DNA from: Promethearchaeota archaeon
Lineage (GTDB): Archaea > Asgardarchaeota > Lokiarchaeia > Sigyniarchaeales > SOKP01
NCBI GenBank assembly: GCA_011364925.1
Contig: RDOA01000054.1
Coordinates: 1 to 23,510, forward strand
DNA: 23,510 nucleotides
Reading direction: 5' to 3'
Made by a program: the position numbers and the translations under genes. The notes under the pieces were generated by a model. The model ran no database searches. It was not told the origin of the DNA and saw only the letters and a list, made by a program, of their open reading frames with translations. Every line of letters begins with the position of its first letter. The first letter of the stretch is position 1. Below, piece after piece: positions 7,722 to 17,377 of the stretch.

Positions 7722-9014
7722 ATGTATGAAATCGTTTCAGTCATCGTTTCAGCGGTTCTTTTTATAATTATAATGATAATCTTTACAAATGAGCGCGTTG
7801 ATTATGTCGCTTTCACAATTTTATCAGCTGTTATAGCTTGTGTTATTACTGGCACTATTTTTGGTGTTGGGTTCACGGAATTTATCACTTATATTCAATT
7901 TGAACCGATATTTTTTATAATCTGTATGCAAATAGTTATTGCTATAATGGAGGAACACAAGCTCTTTAGGTGGCTAGTTTTAAAAACGCTTCATTGGACG
8001 AAAGCAGACCATCGAAAGTTCTTTTTTTTAATTTGTTTTATGGCAAGCATGACCTCAGCCATAATATCTGATATCACAGTAGGTATTATATTTGTCCCCC
8101 TTGTAATACGAGCATGTAAAATTTTGAAAATAAATCCAGCCCCATATTTATTTGGTTTGAGCTTTACCATCAATATTGGTTCAATTTATACTCCATTTAG
8201 TTCTTCTGAAAATATACTTATATCAAACGCTTTTTCGCTTGACTTTTCTTACTTTATATTCAATTTCTCTCTAATTGTCATTCCTACTTTAATTTATACC
8301 CTTTTCTTAATAAATTACACTATGTTAAGAAAAAAGGAACCTCCATCTGAAGAGTACAAGATTATTCTACTTGATATCATGGATCCTAACATTGTCATTG
8401 CAAATAAAAAGAAATTCATCGTTAACTCTATTTTGTTTATAGGAATAATTGTTGGATTATTTATAGTCCCTGAAGCATATATCGTTGCTGTTGTAGGTGC
8501 AGTAATAGCGTGTATTATAAACCGTAAAAATTTTACAAACATACTTCTTAAAACGGATTTAAAAGTTATTGTGTTCTTTATAGGTATATTTCTTATCATG
8601 GGAACTATGCAAATAAATGGAACATTTATATTTATCGGTGATTTAATAGGAAGCTTTATTTCAGATAACGATCTTATCGCTGCCATAACTGTGTTGTTGA
8701 TGATAAGTGTTCTTTCCGGATTTTTAGCACAAATTCCAACTGCCCTTGTTTTTATTACACTAATGAATGACATCTATGGGGTTGGACAAGTTCCTAATCT
8801 AATTATTATGGCAATTCTGCTTGGAATAAATATAGGGTCAAACTTCCTGCCACAAGGAGCTGCTTGTGATTTAATCACTTTAAACTTAGCTGAAAAAAAT
8901 GGCGTCACCGATTTCAACTACAGATCGTTATTGAAAAACGGTTCGATGATGACATTATTGCATCTTGGTGTTAGTATAATCTATTTAACACTGTATTCTT
9001 TGATTTTCCCTTAA
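7722..9014 (+). CDS. ArsB/NhaD/SLC13-type (ion transporter superfamily) permease
   Basis: About 11-12 TM segments with the internally repeated IT-superfamily signatures SAIISDIT...NIGSIYTPFSSSENILI and SGFLAQIPT...NIGSNFLPQGAACDLI. Substrate unknown. Confidence 0.85.
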   Translation: MYEIVSVIVSAVLFIIIMIIFTNERVDYVAFTILSAVIACVITGTIFGVGFTEFITYIQFEPIFFIICMQIVIAIMEEHKLFRWLVLKTLHWTKADHRKFFFLICFMASMTSAIISDITVGIIFVPLVIRACKILKINPAPYLFGLSFTINIGSIYTPFSSSENILISNAFSLDFSYFIFNFSLIVIPTLIYTLFLINYTMLRKKEPPSEEYKIILLDIMDPNIVIANKKKFIVNSILFIGIIVGLFIVPEAYIVAVVGAVIACIINRKNFTNILLKTDLKVIVFFIGIFLIMGTMQINGTFIFIGDLIGSFISDNDLIAAITVLLMISVLSGFLAQIPTALVFITLMNDIYGVGQVPNLIIMAILLGINIGSNFLPQGAACDLITLNLAEKNGVTDFNYRSLLKNGSMMTLLHLGVSIIYLTLYSLIFP

Positions 9015-9022
9015 CGATTAGT

Positions 9023-10282
9023 TTATGCAACTAGCACATCTTCTATTATTTTTAACGCCCAATCGATTTGATCTTTAGTAATTATTAAAGGTGGAGCAAA
9101 CCGTATAATTTTAGAGTGTGTATGCTTAGCTAGGACTCCTTTATCTTTCAACATTTGAACGATATGTCTTGCATCAGTATAAAACTCAATCGCCATCAAT
9201 AATCCTTTGCCTCTAACATCCTTTATGGGTACAATAGTTTCCTTTTTTGCTATGTTTTTAAGGCCTTCTAAGAAATAAGCGCCAAATTCCTTGGATCGTT
9301 GGGCAAGATGGTCATCAAGATGGACTTCAATTGCTTTTAAAGCCACAGCTGAAGCTAAAGGATTCCCACCAAACGTGCTTCCATGCGTTCCAGGCTTAAT
9401 GACATCGGGTCCAATAACATTTCTTGTAGAAACTACAGCCGAAACAGGATAAACGCCGCCACCTAAGGCTTTTCCTAGTAAAATTACATCAGGTTTCACG
9501 TTCTCATGGTCGCAAGCAAATAATTCTCCAGTTCTTCCAAATCCAGTTTGAATCTCGTCAGCAACCATCAAAACATTATATTTCGTACAAATTTCTCTAA
9601 TCTTTTTAATAAATCCTTCAGGGGGGACCTTAACCCCTGCTTCTCCTTGAACTGGTTCAAATAAGAAAGCCGCTACTTTCTCAGGTCCAACTTCCAGTAT
9701 CGTGTTTTCCAATGCTTCAGCGTCTCCATAAGGAATAGTGATAAATCCCGGAGTATAAGGACCAAAATTACCGTAATATCTGACGGCTTCAATATCGGTA
9801 CTAAAACCTACAATTGTGATTGTTCGACCATGAAAGTTACCTCGGCAGACAATTATTTTTGCCTCGTTTTTAGGAATCTTCTTTTTAATGTAGCCCCACG
9901 CTCTTGCGACTTTGAGACCAGAAGATACGGCTTCTGTTCCTGTATTCATGGGTAAAGCCATAATACCCGAATTGGTTGGGTCGTTTATGTGCGCTCCTAC
10001 AACTTCGCATAGTCTTTTTAAGAATGGTCCCATTTTATCGTTATAAAACGCGCGAGATGTTAGAGTTACTTTATCAGCTTGCTCTTTTAGCGCTTTTATA
10101 ATTTCTGGATGACAATGTCCTGCATTGTGAGATGAATAAGCAGATAAGCAATCCATATACTTTCTTCCTTCTGGATCGTAAACCCAAACTCCTTCTGCTT
10201 TAGAAATAACCACCTCTATTGGGTGATAGTTATGAGCGCAATATTTATCGTCCATTTCCATATAATCTTTTGAACTTGGCAT
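9023..10282 (-). CDS. rocD: Ornithine--oxo-acid aminotransferase (class III PLP)
   Basis: AHNYHP and LSAYS (OAT-specific tyrosines), FHGRT, EPVQGEAGV, DEIQTGFGRTG, GKALGGG (PLP lysine), HGSTFGGNPL and IRFAPPL. Confidence 0.93.
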   Translation of the reverse strand: MPSSKDYMEMDDKYCAHNYHPIEVVISKAEGVWVYDPEGRKYMDCLSAYSSHNAGHCHPEIIKALKEQADKVTLTSRAFYNDKMGPFLKRLCEVVGAHINDPTNSGIMALPMNTGTEAVSSGLKVARAWGYIKKKIPKNEAKIIVCRGNFHGRTITIVGFSTDIEAVRYYGNFGPYTPGFITIPYGDAEALENTILEVGPEKVAAFLFEPVQGEAGVKVPPEGFIKKIREICTKYNVLMVADEIQTGFGRTGELFACDHENVKPDVILLGKALGGGVYPVSAVVSTRNVIGPDVIKPGTHGSTFGGNPLASAVALKAIEVHLDDHLAQRSKEFGAYFLEGLKNIAKKETIVPIKDVRGKGLLMAIEFYTDARHIVQMLKDKGVLAKHTHSKIIRFAPPLIITKDQIDWALKIIEDVLVA

Positions 10283-10420
10283 ATGAATTCGGTTTTTTTT
10301 TATTTAATATTTAGAACATGTATTAAAATGAAGAAGATCATTAAAACTATTAATATTTTTAATTTTAGAAAGAATGCCGGATTCTAAATACATTTTTTTC
10401 ATAAAAATGCAGAAACTATA

Positions 10421-10432
10421 AAAATTTATAAA
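10421..10432 (+). promoter_or_regulatory. Putative BRE/TATA promoter of the MFS gene
   Basis: AAAA-TTTATAAA about 80 nt upstream of ATG 10512, in the divergent rocD/MFS gap. Confidence 0.3.
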
Positions 10433-10511
10433 TGAGAAGAGAAAACCGAATAGAAGGAAATTATCAGAGGCAAAGGTTCTTTTTCTTTGTATTTTTTATT
10501 TATAAGAAATT

Positions 10512-11837
10512 ATGCGTATGAGTATTAACACTAAAAAAAAAGAAAAGGTACCTGAACACCACAAATTCACATCAGATTTTAATTCAGTCATATATATTGT
10601 TGTTTGGAACTCACTTGGATTTTTTTTTATTGAATATATTATGGCATACTTGATCAAACAAGTTTTAAATTATCCCGCTACTAACTTAGGTTTATTCTTT
10701 TCGTTTATCACGCTCGGAGGATTAATTAGTTCCAGTTTTATTGGATATTTGTCCGATCATTACTCCAAAAAACTCTTAGTTATGATTGGTTCATTCGGTA
10801 GAGGTGCTTCTTATTTCAGCCTTTACATCTCTATAATACTGCAATCTCTAATAGGAATGTATGTTAGTGCATTTCTCTTGGGTTTAGGTGCCAATATATT
10901 TTGGAATCCATTAGATACTATTATCTCCGATAAATCTTCGAAATATCACCGTTCCTCCGCATTTGGAAAGCGTAGGTTCGCGCTAGGTCTAGGTATGGTA
11001 ATCGGCACTATAGTAGGATTTGCTACATTTAGCACTGCAAATATACTTACACCATTTAATAATTTTATCGTATATGGCGCGATTCCAATATTTGGAATAG
11101 CAAACTTCTACGCAGGAATTCAATTTTCAAGAAAAGTGGATGAAGAGATAAAGTTTATTTATCCTAATGATATTGTAGACGATGATACATTATTGCAATC
11201 AGAAGTAGATACTACAAAACGATTGTCTGGAGCAAAGTACATGCGTATATATTTATTGGGGACTTTTTTGATATTTTTAGGATTATTCCTTAGCGCTATA
11301 AATGTCGGTTTATATCGTCCCTTTATTCAACCTTATGTTCTCGAGAACATCAACAGTGATGCTGGATTGGTTGCATGGTTTTATCTTCCTACTTCTATAA
11401 TCGGTTCTCTCATTGCTCCAAAATTAGGCACTATTGCAGACAAAATTAACCCTAATATTGCCATACTTGTTTCCAGCTTTCTTGGAGGAATAGTAACTTG
11501 GATGATTATTAACTCGGGAAATCTATGGTTCTTTGGTATATTCCTTGTCATAGATCAAACCATTATGCTTACTACGGGATTTGTAATGGTAAACGTCTTA
11601 AGCCGCGTTTCAATTAAGCATCGAGGGAAGATTTTTGGACTCATTACCTTTCTAGAATCGATCGGAATGATTGTAGGCCCTTTACTGGGAGGAATTGTGT
11701 GGGAGTCTATTAATCCGCAAGCACCTTTTATCATATCAATTATAGTTGAATGGTCTTTAATCCCATTTTTCATTTTAGGAATTTTAATTCTTAACCCATA
11801 TCTAGTTGAGTCAAAAGAAACTAAGGCTAATTTATGA
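10512..11837 (+). CDS. MFS transporter
   Basis: 12 TM in a 6+6 arrangement with a hydrophilic central loop; motif A GYLSDHYSKK and its repeat GTIADKINP; HRGKIFG and GPLLGG. Confidence 0.92.
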   Translation: MRMSINTKKKEKVPEHHKFTSDFNSVIYIVVWNSLGFFFIEYIMAYLIKQVLNYPATNLGLFFSFITLGGLISSSFIGYLSDHYSKKLLVMIGSFGRGASYFSLYISIILQSLIGMYVSAFLLGLGANIFWNPLDTIISDKSSKYHRSSAFGKRRFALGLGMVIGTIVGFATFSTANILTPFNNFIVYGAIPIFGIANFYAGIQFSRKVDEEIKFIYPNDIVDDDTLLQSEVDTTKRLSGAKYMRIYLLGTFLIFLGLFLSAINVGLYRPFIQPYVLENINSDAGLVAWFYLPTSIIGSLIAPKLGTIADKINPNIAILVSSFLGGIVTWMIINSGNLWFFGIFLVIDQTIMLTTGFVMVNVLSRVSIKHRGKIFGLITFLESIGMIVGPLLGGIVWESINPQAPFIISIIVEWSLIPFFILGILILNPYLVESKETKANL

Positions 11838-11896
11838 GAATTAGTAATTTTAGTAATAAAATGTAATTATCAATATAGAATAGGAGTAAGATTAGA

Positions 11897-13216
11897 TTGA
11901 AAATCACAAATAAATATATTATAAACATAATCGTGGCCAATCTACTTTGGAGTTTCATTCCAATAGTAGCAACAGGTTTATTTAAAGATGTTTCAATTCT
12001 TACAATTCTTTTTCTGCGATTTTTAACAGCTGGAGTCATCTTGTTAATAATCTCAATTTTAATTGTATTGGTTAACAATTATTTACAACCAGAGAAAAAA
12101 ATTTCACTTAAAGCTTTATTTACAAATCTAAGGCATAAAAATAGACGTTTTTATAATGTAAGAACTTATAATTATTACTTTTTAATTGGTTTTTTCGGTA
12201 TTATTCTCCACATCTTATTCTATTTCCTTGCTATAAAAAAAACATCAATTCCATTTGCTATGGTGGGTATGTTAATGACAATAATTTTTATTTCCATTTA
12301 TGAAGAAGGAATGAATTACGAGAAGTTTGATGTATTTAGAATATTATTTATCATAATGTTAACATTTGCAATAATAATAATCGTTTTTGTATCTTTTCAA
12401 GGAGCAGAGTTATCTGGTTCACCAATAGAGCTACATGGATTTCTTTATCTGGTTTTATACGCTGTAACTGGATCATTTTTATATATTAGCATCGATCGGG
12501 ATTCCTTCTCCAAAAAAGAATTGCAGAACATTAATCTGAACAGATATTACAAAATTCCACGTGCACTAATTAAAATGTCGATTGCCTTTATCACCGGTGT
12601 TATAATCCTTATTCCCTTATCATATATTTTCATATTTCTACCTATTGATACAGATATAACTTACGAAGTAGAATCATTTTTCACCAATTTAACCAATATA
12701 GGTTCAATTCTTATTCGTTGGGAAATTATTTACCTTATTGTATTTGCCACCATTCTTCCTTACCTCCTTATTTTTCTTGCTAATGTAAATTGGAAATCCA
12801 CAAATTTGACTTACAGTCAGTGGAATAGCATCTTGGGATTAATCGATCCAATGAGTACATTAATTTTCTCAGTAATTTTAGTCAATCAATTTTTTCCACT
12901 TGAATATCTGATGATAGTTATTGTCTTGTTGGTCATAACAATCGTGTTTCGTTATGCTCACGAAGTAAAAAATGTGGTCCATGCATACATTTTTTTAAAA
13001 ATTAAAAAAGGATTTCTTAAAATTCTTTCACTGAAAATTTTAAAGTTTTACGGTGTAAGACAAATTGATTCGCTTATTGGCGACTATGATTTGCTTCTAC
13101 ACATAAAACTTAATTCTTTTAAAGACTTCAATAATTTAGTCAATAGAAAACTCAAATCGATAGAAGAAATATTGGATTTAGAAGTACAGTTTATTAATAA
13201 AATCGAAAAAAATTAA
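11897..13216 (+). CDS. DMT/EamA-family transporter fused to a C-terminal Lrp/AsnC ligand-binding (RAM) domain
   Basis: TTG start with AGGAG at 11882-11886. EamA patterns LLWSFIPI..FLRFLTAG, LFYFLAIKKTS, LIVFATILPYL and LIDPMSTLIFSVIL, about 10 TM. Residues about 361-439 (12977..13213) carry the AsnC C-terminal signature SLIGDYDLLL. Confidence 0.85.
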   Translation: MKITNKYIINIIVANLLWSFIPIVATGLFKDVSILTILFLRFLTAGVILLIISILIVLVNNYLQPEKKISLKALFTNLRHKNRRFYNVRTYNYYFLIGFFGIILHILFYFLAIKKTSIPFAMVGMLMTIIFISIYEEGMNYEKFDVFRILFIIMLTFAIIIIVFVSFQGAELSGSPIELHGFLYLVLYAVTGSFLYISIDRDSFSKKELQNINLNRYYKIPRALIKMSIAFITGVIILIPLSYIFIFLPIDTDITYEVESFFTNLTNIGSILIRWEIIYLIVFATILPYLLIFLANVNWKSTNLTYSQWNSILGLIDPMSTLIFSVILVNQFFPLEYLMIVIVLLVITIVFRYAHEVKNVVHAYIFLKIKKGFLKILSLKILKFYGVRQIDSLIGDYDLLLHIKLNSFKDFNNLVNRKLKSIEEILDLEVQFINKIEKN

Positions 13217-13229
13217 GTGAAGAGATAAG

Positions 13230-13469
13230 ATGAGAGCCATTATATTATGTAAGTTAGGAATAAATGTTATAAAGAAAGTAATTGAAGAAATTAAAGCTAT
13301 CCCTCAAATTAAAAAAGTAATGTCTTTGACGGGCGATTACGACCTACTTGCTGAGATAGAAGTTGAAAGCACTGAGGAACTATATGAAATCTTCTCTGAG
13401 AAAATAGATGTGATCGATGGGATTATTGCTTCTAACACTCATGTAGTTATGAAAGCATGGGAAAAATAA
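13230..13469 (+). CDS. Stand-alone Lrp/AsnC ligand-binding (RAM) domain protein, no HTH
   Basis: 79 aa with SLTGDYDLLAEI and IDGIIASNTHVV motifs; no N-terminal helix-turn-helix; starts 13 bp after the EamA fusion stop. Confidence 0.92.
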   Translation: MRAIILCKLGINVIKKVIEEIKAIPQIKKVMSLTGDYDLLAEIEVESTEELYEIFSEKIDVIDGIIASNTHVVMKAWEK

Positions 13470-13583
13470 AAGTATTGTATAAACAATTTTATAATCCAAT
13501 TGCTTAGACTAATTTCGTAATTAGGCATATATCGTCGTTACGAACAGAAGGTTAAAATTCTAAAAATAAATTCCTCGTGTAAT

Positions 13584-13598
13584 AAAAACATTTATAAA
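13584..13598 (+). promoter_or_regulatory. Putative BRE/TATA promoter of the CocE/NonD hydrolase gene
   Basis: AAAAACA-TTTATAAA about 75 nt upstream of ATG 13673. Confidence 0.35.
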
Positions 13599-13672
13599 CT
13601 CTTCTGTCAAAAAAGTATTGAACAAAATTTTCTAAAAACCAAGAAATTCAAGAAAAAAGTTGAAAAAGTAAG

Positions 13673-15718
13673 ATGAACAAACGAAAATATATATTAATTG
13701 TAACAATTCTTTTATTTTCTATCAGTTTCCTATTCACTGCTATGCCTCCAGTCTATGCTGTAGAAGATGGACCGATTTTTGAAGATTTATGGGTTGATAT
13801 GGATGATGATGTAGGTTTATATACTAGAGTTTATCGTCCTGGTCCTGGAGCATACCCTGTAATTCTTACAAGAACGCCCTACGGGATAGCCGAACCAGGA
13901 GTAGTACCTGACCCCGATGATTTAACAGCATGGCCGCTTCAAGTTTCACACGGATACGCATTCGTAGAACAAGACACAAGGGGGCGGTATTCCTCAGAAG
14001 GAGTAGACCATCTGTTTTACGATGATGGACCAGATGGATATTCGACTATTGACTGGATTGCGTCCCAACCGTGGTGTAATGGTAAAATCGGCATGTCTGG
14101 AGGTTCAGCAACGGGAATAACCACCTACTTAGCTGCCGGGGAAAACCACCCGAATTTAGTAGCAGCGCTTTCATATGTAGCAAGTGCTAATCTCTATAAC
14201 GATGTTACTTTCGATGGTGGAGCTTTTCGTGCTGATTCTATGATTTGGACTTTCGGACAAACCGTAACTGGTCTTTCTATATCGCACATGCTTTCAGTTG
14301 CTCCTCCAACTTCATGGGTTGGCCATCTCACGGCTGTAGGCACTAGTTTATACGATATGTACACTCATACATCTTTGTCTCCCGGTTATCGAGCAGTCGA
14401 TTCACCTACATGGATGAATCTTCCTTTAATTGAGGGTAATATAGATTACAGCATAATGCAACCCTTTGGAGATGAGATACTAAGACACCCTAGTCAAGAT
14501 GCGTTTAGAGATAAGCTTAACGTTCAAGACACTATAGATATTCCTATTCTACATGTAGGTGGCTGGTTTGATTTTTTCTCTAGAAGCACATTAGATGCAT
14601 ATGTTAATTTACAACATTTAGGAAATCAAAAGTTCTTTATGGCTCCTGGAACTCATGGAGGTTTAGGCTCGTTACCTTACGATCCATATTATGATTGGTT
14701 TGATTATTGGTTGAAAGGAGAAGATACGGGAATAATGGACGAACCGGCTTTCGCTTATTATTGTTTTGGAGCCGAGGAGTGGCGTTGGGCCGATCAATGG
14801 CCTTTAGCAGATATCGATTATACTAAATTTTACCTACACGATGATGGGATATTGAACACTTGCCCATGGTCTTATGGAGCACCATACGAAAGCTATGTAT
14901 ATAACCCATTAGACCCTGTTCTAACGTGGGGCGGAAGAAATCTGGGTTTACCGGCAGGACCTAAGGATCAACGACCTGTTCAAGAAGGTAGGAGCGATAT
15001 TCTCTTCTATACCACTGATATTTTAAATGATGATACGGAGATTTCAGGTCCCGTTAAAGTACAACTAAGTGTTTCATCAAACTGTACGGATACAGATTTC
15101 ACTGCCAAATTAATTGATGTACATCCTGATGGAAGTACAATGTTAGTTCTAGATAATATACTTAGAGCTAGATACCGTAATTCCATGAGCAATCCTGTTT
15201 TAATGAAACCAAATAAGATTTACGATATTACAATAAACTTAGGAGACATTAGTTATGTATTTAAGGCTGGCCATCGTATTCAAATAGATATTTCTAGTAG
15301 TAATTTCCCAAAATATGATAGGAACCTTAATTCGGGAGGGGAGTTATATACAGAAACGGAAGCAGATATGAAAATGGCTTTAAATGAAATTCACCATCAT
15401 GGTAGGCATCGATCGTATGTAATACTTCCAATCATTACTCCAGAGACCAATGTATTTGAGGGTTGTGCAAACATAAAGATTTCTGGGTTAAAATACAAAG
15501 GTCCGGCTGAATTCTATATCTGTGATAATGCTGTCTTTCTACATTTTGATGATCAATGGATTAAATGGGACATCACTTATCATAGGAATTTCTGGCACAT
15601 GGATTATTATCGATGTAACGGTGATTTAGGAAAGTTAACTGTGACGAAAATAGTAACGAAGTGGGGAATTTATTTAAACGCAGCGGGACATCGAATCTCC
15701 TTTAGCGCAAAAGTATAA
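13673..15718 (+). CDS. Secreted CocE/NonD-family serine hydrolase (peptidase S15-like) with an extra C-terminal domain
   Basis: Signal peptide (MNKRK, hydrophobic stretch, VYA); RTPYG, QDTRGRYSSEG, QPWCNGKIGMSGGSATG (nucleophile elbow), GGWFD, PGTHG; PepX_C-type DTDFTAKLIDV and GHRIQIDISSSNFPKYDRNLN. Confidence 0.92.
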   Translation: MNKRKYILIVTILLFSISFLFTAMPPVYAVEDGPIFEDLWVDMDDDVGLYTRVYRPGPGAYPVILTRTPYGIAEPGVVPDPDDLTAWPLQVSHGYAFVEQDTRGRYSSEGVDHLFYDDGPDGYSTIDWIASQPWCNGKIGMSGGSATGITTYLAAGENHPNLVAALSYVASANLYNDVTFDGGAFRADSMIWTFGQTVTGLSISHMLSVAPPTSWVGHLTAVGTSLYDMYTHTSLSPGYRAVDSPTWMNLPLIEGNIDYSIMQPFGDEILRHPSQDAFRDKLNVQDTIDIPILHVGGWFDFFSRSTLDAYVNLQHLGNQKFFMAPGTHGGLGSLPYDPYYDWFDYWLKGEDTGIMDEPAFAYYCFGAEEWRWADQWPLADIDYTKFYLHDDGILNTCPWSYGAPYESYVYNPLDPVLTWGGRNLGLPAGPKDQRPVQEGRSDILFYTTDILNDDTEISGPVKVQLSVSSNCTDTDFTAKLIDVHPDGSTMLVLDNILRARYRNSMSNPVLMKPNKIYDITINLGDISYVFKAGHRIQIDISSSNFPKYDRNLNSGGELYTETEADMKMALNEIHHHGRHRSYVILPIITPETNVFEGCANIKISGLKYKGPAEFYICDNAVFLHFDDQWIKWDITYHRNFWHMDYYRCNGDLGKLTVTKIVTKWGIYLNAAGHRISFSAKV

Positions 15719-15744
15719 TTTAAATTCTAAAATTTTTTTTTCTT
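15719..15744 (+). terminator. Oligo-T tract between the convergent CocE and GGT genes (archaeal-type terminator candidate)
   Basis: Run of 9 T at 15733-15741, shortly after the CocE stop. Confidence 0.35.
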
Positions 15745-17337
15745 CTAATATCCGACTGCTTGACCATCTTTTCTCGGATCGGAAGCAGCAAGATATCCAT
15801 CCTTAAGTCTATAGATAATTTGACCACCACCAAATTCAAAATAGTGGCCTCTGTATACTTGATGACCCATGCGTTTTAATTGGTCTTGAGCTTCTTTATT
15901 AAAACTTGGCTCAAGATTCACTTGAAGTCCTTCCATAACCCGCCATCTTGGTGCGTCTAGTGCTGCTTGTGGATTTTGATTGTACTCGAAGATTCTAACC
16001 ATCATTTGAGCATGCCCTTGCGGTTGCATCGCGCCCCCCATTACTCCAAAACTCATAAGAGGTTCTCCATTTTTAGTGACAAATGCTGGAATAATGGTGT
16101 GATACGGACGCTTCTCGGGACCGACTTGATTAGGATGACCCTCGATTAAGTTGAACCCGTTTCCACGATCTTGAAGGCTAATACCAGTCCCTGGAATTAC
16201 AATTCCAGAACCAAATCCAAGATAGTTTGATTGAATGTAAGATACCATCATGCCCTCAGCATCAGCAGTAGTTAAATAAACGGTGTCTCCAGTTGGAGGG
16301 TTTCCAAAATTAAAACGTTGAGCTTTTTGCTGATCAATTAGATTCGCCCTATCTGCCAAATAGTCTGGAGAAAGAATAAGAGAAGGATCAAATTCTAAAA
16401 AGGTTTTATCGGAGATATATCGATATGCGTCCGAAAAGGCTAATTTCATCGCCTCTATTTGTAAATGCATAGATTGAGGCGAATCACATTCAAATTGGTC
16501 AAGATCAAAATTTTTTAAAATCCCTAACATAACAAGTGCTGTTACTCCTTGACCGTTGGGGGGTAATTCGTGTAAAGTTACACCGTTATACTCCATAGTT
16601 AGCAAATTTTCCCACATAACCTGGTGATTCTCTAAATCTTCGCGAGAGATTAATCCACCAGTATCTTTTGCATGATTTACTATTTTTTTCGCCAGCTCTC
16701 CAGCATAGAAGGATTCCCCATCAGTATTAGCAATCTCGGTTAATGTTGCAGCTTGATTGAGGTTTTTAAATAATTCCCCTGGCTTTGGAGCTCCCCCGGT
16801 AGGGAGAAAAGTCTCATGGAACGCGGGGAATTTATCCTTTTTATACATAACTGCGAGTTGTTTCCATAAAGTTGCTGTAATCGGGGACACTAAAAATCCA
16901 TTCTCAGCATAATAAATCGCTGGCTCAAATAATTCTTTAAACTTAAGCTGTCCATACTTCTTCGAAAGTGCAACCCACGCAGATACAGCCCCAGGTATTG
17001 TAACAGAATCCCATCCCAAAAGAGGCATTGTAGTGTATTTTGCAAAGTGATCAGGTGTCCATGCGGCGGGAGATTTCCCGGATGCATTTAACCCAGTTAA
17101 TTTTTTCCCGTCAAAAACAATTGCAAACGCATCGCTACCAATTCCATTATTAACCGGTTCGACCACTGCTAGAGTTATGGCAGTCGCGATTGCGGCATCT
17201 ACTGCATTTCCTCCTTTTCTAATCATACTTAATCCAGCTTGGCAAGCGAGAGGGTGAGATGTAGACACAATATTTTTTGCTAATATTGGCATCCTTCGAG
17301 AAGGATATTGGAACTCCCATTTGAATTTATTTGACAT
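15745..17337 (-). CDS. ggt: Gamma-glutamyltransferase family Ntn-hydrolase (YwrD/HpxW-like subgroup)
   Basis: GGNAVDAAIA, EPVNNGIGSDAF, VTIPGAV, ELPPNGQG, autoprocessing site GD|TVYL, GFGSG, KRPYHTIIP, GVMGGAMQPQGH and SDPRKDG. True substrate uncertain. Confidence 0.9.
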   Translation of the reverse strand: MSNKFKWEFQYPSRRMPILAKNIVSTSHPLACQAGLSMIRKGGNAVDAAIATAITLAVVEPVNNGIGSDAFAIVFDGKKLTGLNASGKSPAAWTPDHFAKYTTMPLLGWDSVTIPGAVSAWVALSKKYGQLKFKELFEPAIYYAENGFLVSPITATLWKQLAVMYKKDKFPAFHETFLPTGGAPKPGELFKNLNQAATLTEIANTDGESFYAGELAKKIVNHAKDTGGLISREDLENHQVMWENLLTMEYNGVTLHELPPNGQGVTALVMLGILKNFDLDQFECDSPQSMHLQIEAMKLAFSDAYRYISDKTFLEFDPSLILSPDYLADRANLIDQQKAQRFNFGNPPTGDTVYLTTADAEGMMVSYIQSNYLGFGSGIVIPGTGISLQDRGNGFNLIEGHPNQVGPEKRPYHTIIPAFVTKNGEPLMSFGVMGGAMQPQGHAQMMVRIFEYNQNPQAALDAPRWRVMEGLQVNLEPSFNKEAQDQLKRMGHQVYRGHYFEFGGGQIIYRLKDGYLAASDPRKDGQAVGY

Positions 17338-17377
17338 ATTTCATTTACTCCTAAAAAGACTTTAATTATTAAATTTA

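Noticed and set aside
11835-11900. TGA stop of the MFS gene as a selenocysteine or readthrough site fusing it to the EamA gene
   Set aside because: Readthrough meets another TGA at 11898-11900 and is out of frame with EamA. The MFS is already complete and no SECIS-like element was recognised.
13230-13469. Calling the 79-aa protein an Lrp transcription factor
   Set aside because: It has no N-terminal HTH, only the ligand-binding domain.
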